Notes under the pieces: model-generated
Told to the model about the DNA's origin: nothing
Seen by the model: only the letters and a program-made list of their open reading frames with translations
The model's database searches: none
Part shown: piece after piece, positions 55,626-56,412 of the stretch
How the letters are laid out: each line of letters starts with the position of its first letter
Numbering within the stretch: position 1 is the first letter of the stretch
Position numbers and translations under genes: made by a program
Assembly (NCBI GenBank): GCA_049976305.1
Contig: JBMFIM010000002.1
Coordinates: forward strand, 1 to 56,412
Length of the DNA: 56,412 nucleotides
Direction of reading: 5' to 3'
Origin: Candidatus Micrarchaeia archaeon
Lineage (GTDB): Archaea > Micrarchaeota > Micrarchaeia > Micrarchaeales > CABMGC01

Positions 55626-56339
55626 ATGCAGAAAATTGTTTTATTTCTCTTTTCTTTGCTAATAATTTCAGCTTATGCTCAGCTTGGCGAAGTAGCAGGG
55701 CCTTTGAATTTCAATGTTAGCATTGGAAGCTCGCAGACTCAGCAGCTTGTGCTTATAAACGGGGGCAGTACACCTATAACTGTAAAAACCACACTGAACT
55801 CGATAACCCAAATAGCCAATACGATAACTCCGAGCATGACGTTTAGCCCGGAGGTTGCTACCATACCTCCGCACAGCCAGCTTGCAATAAACGTAACAGT
55901 GATAATGCCTTATAACAAATCAGACATAGGCAAGCATTGGGAAGCAATAATCTCTGCTGTAGAGCAGTCAAACATAACAATATCTGGCACGGGCGCTGTG
56001 GTAGTGGCAGGAATGGCAAAAATAGCAAACATAACGGCGCTGCCACCAAAGACCAATTGGCTTCTTATAATAGGAATAGGTGTGGTAGTAGCTGCTGTAG
56101 CGGCGATTGGAGCAGGCAGTTATTACTACTTTGCAGTTGTTAAGAAGAAGGCAGCAAAGGCTGCAAGGCTTGCAGCTACAAGAAAGCTTAGAATGGCTGG
56201 CGCCAAAGCTCCTGCAAGGGCCAGAAGGGCTAAAGCAAGGGCAAGAGCTAGAAAGCCGGCTAGGAGAGCGGCAAGGAGGCCTGCAAGGCGCGCAGCGACA
56301 AGACGCGCCACTAGAAGAGCTACAAGAAGGACAAGGTAG
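55626..56339 (+). CDS. Signal-peptide protein with an Ig-like ectodomain, a single TM, and a 65-aa Ala/Arg/Lys cytoplasmic tail
   Basis: Signal peptide MQKIVLFLFSLLIISAYAQ, a beta-rich ectodomain with sequons, and the TM WLLIIGIGVVVAAVAAIGAGSYYYFAVV. The tail is KKKAAKAARLAATRKLRMAGAKAPARARRAKARARARKPARRAARRPARRAATRRATRRATRRTR. Confidence 0.7.
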   Translation: MQKIVLFLFSLLIISAYAQLGEVAGPLNFNVSIGSSQTQQLVLINGGSTPITVKTTLNSITQIANTITPSMTFSPEVATIPPHSQLAINVTVIMPYNKSDIGKHWEAIISAVEQSNITISGTGAVVVAGMAKIANITALPPKTNWLLIIGIGVVVAAVAAIGAGSYYYFAVVKKKAAKAARLAATRKLRMAGAKAPARARRAKARARARKPARRAARRPARRAATRRATRRATRRTR

Positions 56340-56412
56340 CATCTCGCGTTTTTAATTTTAGGATGTATTTTTAATTTTTACATGGTAATGGAATAGAGGC
56401 CATGTCAATACG

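Noticed and set aside
55968-56355. Alternative-frame ORFs over the Arg-rich tail region: 55968-56342 minus (124 aa, Cys/Ser-rich), 56107-56355 plus, and 56126-56311 minus (Leu/Ala-rich)
   Set aside because: Low-complexity GC-rich repeats keep several frames open. Only the + frame of 55626-56339 is continuous with a signal peptide, ectodomain and TM.
1-56412. Search for CRISPR arrays, integrase or transposase genes, 16S and 5S rRNA, and restriction-modification or toxin-antitoxin pairs
   Set aside because: I saw no regularly spaced direct repeats and no recognisable recombinase. No SSU or 5S signatures are present. The only methyltransferase is a truncated remnant, and no convincing TA-like small gene pairs were found.

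Overview
The window looks like a compact, gene-dense archaeal chromosome segment. This is shown by a family B DNA polymerase, the rpoH-B''-B'-A'-A'' RNA polymerase operon, Alba, an LSm protein, SRP54, Kae1/Bud32, archaeal isoprenoid-lipid genes and TATA-type promoters. Several traits point, by inference only, to a fast-evolving DPANN lineage of the ARMAN/Micrarchaeota type. These are a split rpoB, a 23S rRNA gene with no 16S or 5S neighbour, a genomic tRNA-Ile(UAU), a tRNA-Ala with a 13-nt insert in the T-loop, broken ribosomal and RNAP synteny, and many abutting or overlapping genes. I call about 55 CDS, 4 tRNAs, one 23S rRNA with its flanking processing stem, and two decayed genes: a secreted glycoprotein at 209-1070 and a methyltransferase fragment beside tRNA-Ala. 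I found no CRISPR array, integrase, transposase or intact mobile element. The best candidate for an undescribed system is the 3' end of the window (51843-56339). There a MinD/ParA-type ATPase with a bacterial-like amphipathic C-terminus is translationally abutted to a large sequon-rich surface protein. It is followed by a secreted protein made of two tandem beta-rich domains, and then by a membrane-anchored Ig-like protein whose predicted cytoplasmic tail is 65 residues of Ala/Arg/Lys with no acidic residue. Other items worth follow-up are a GHKL ATPase carrying a C-terminal HExxH motif next to a stand-alone AAA-associated wHTH protein, an EF-Tu-like protein with a degenerate G domain, and unusual substitutions in normally invariant 23S domain V motifs. 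All functional calls come from motif recognition by eye, and no database search was run.
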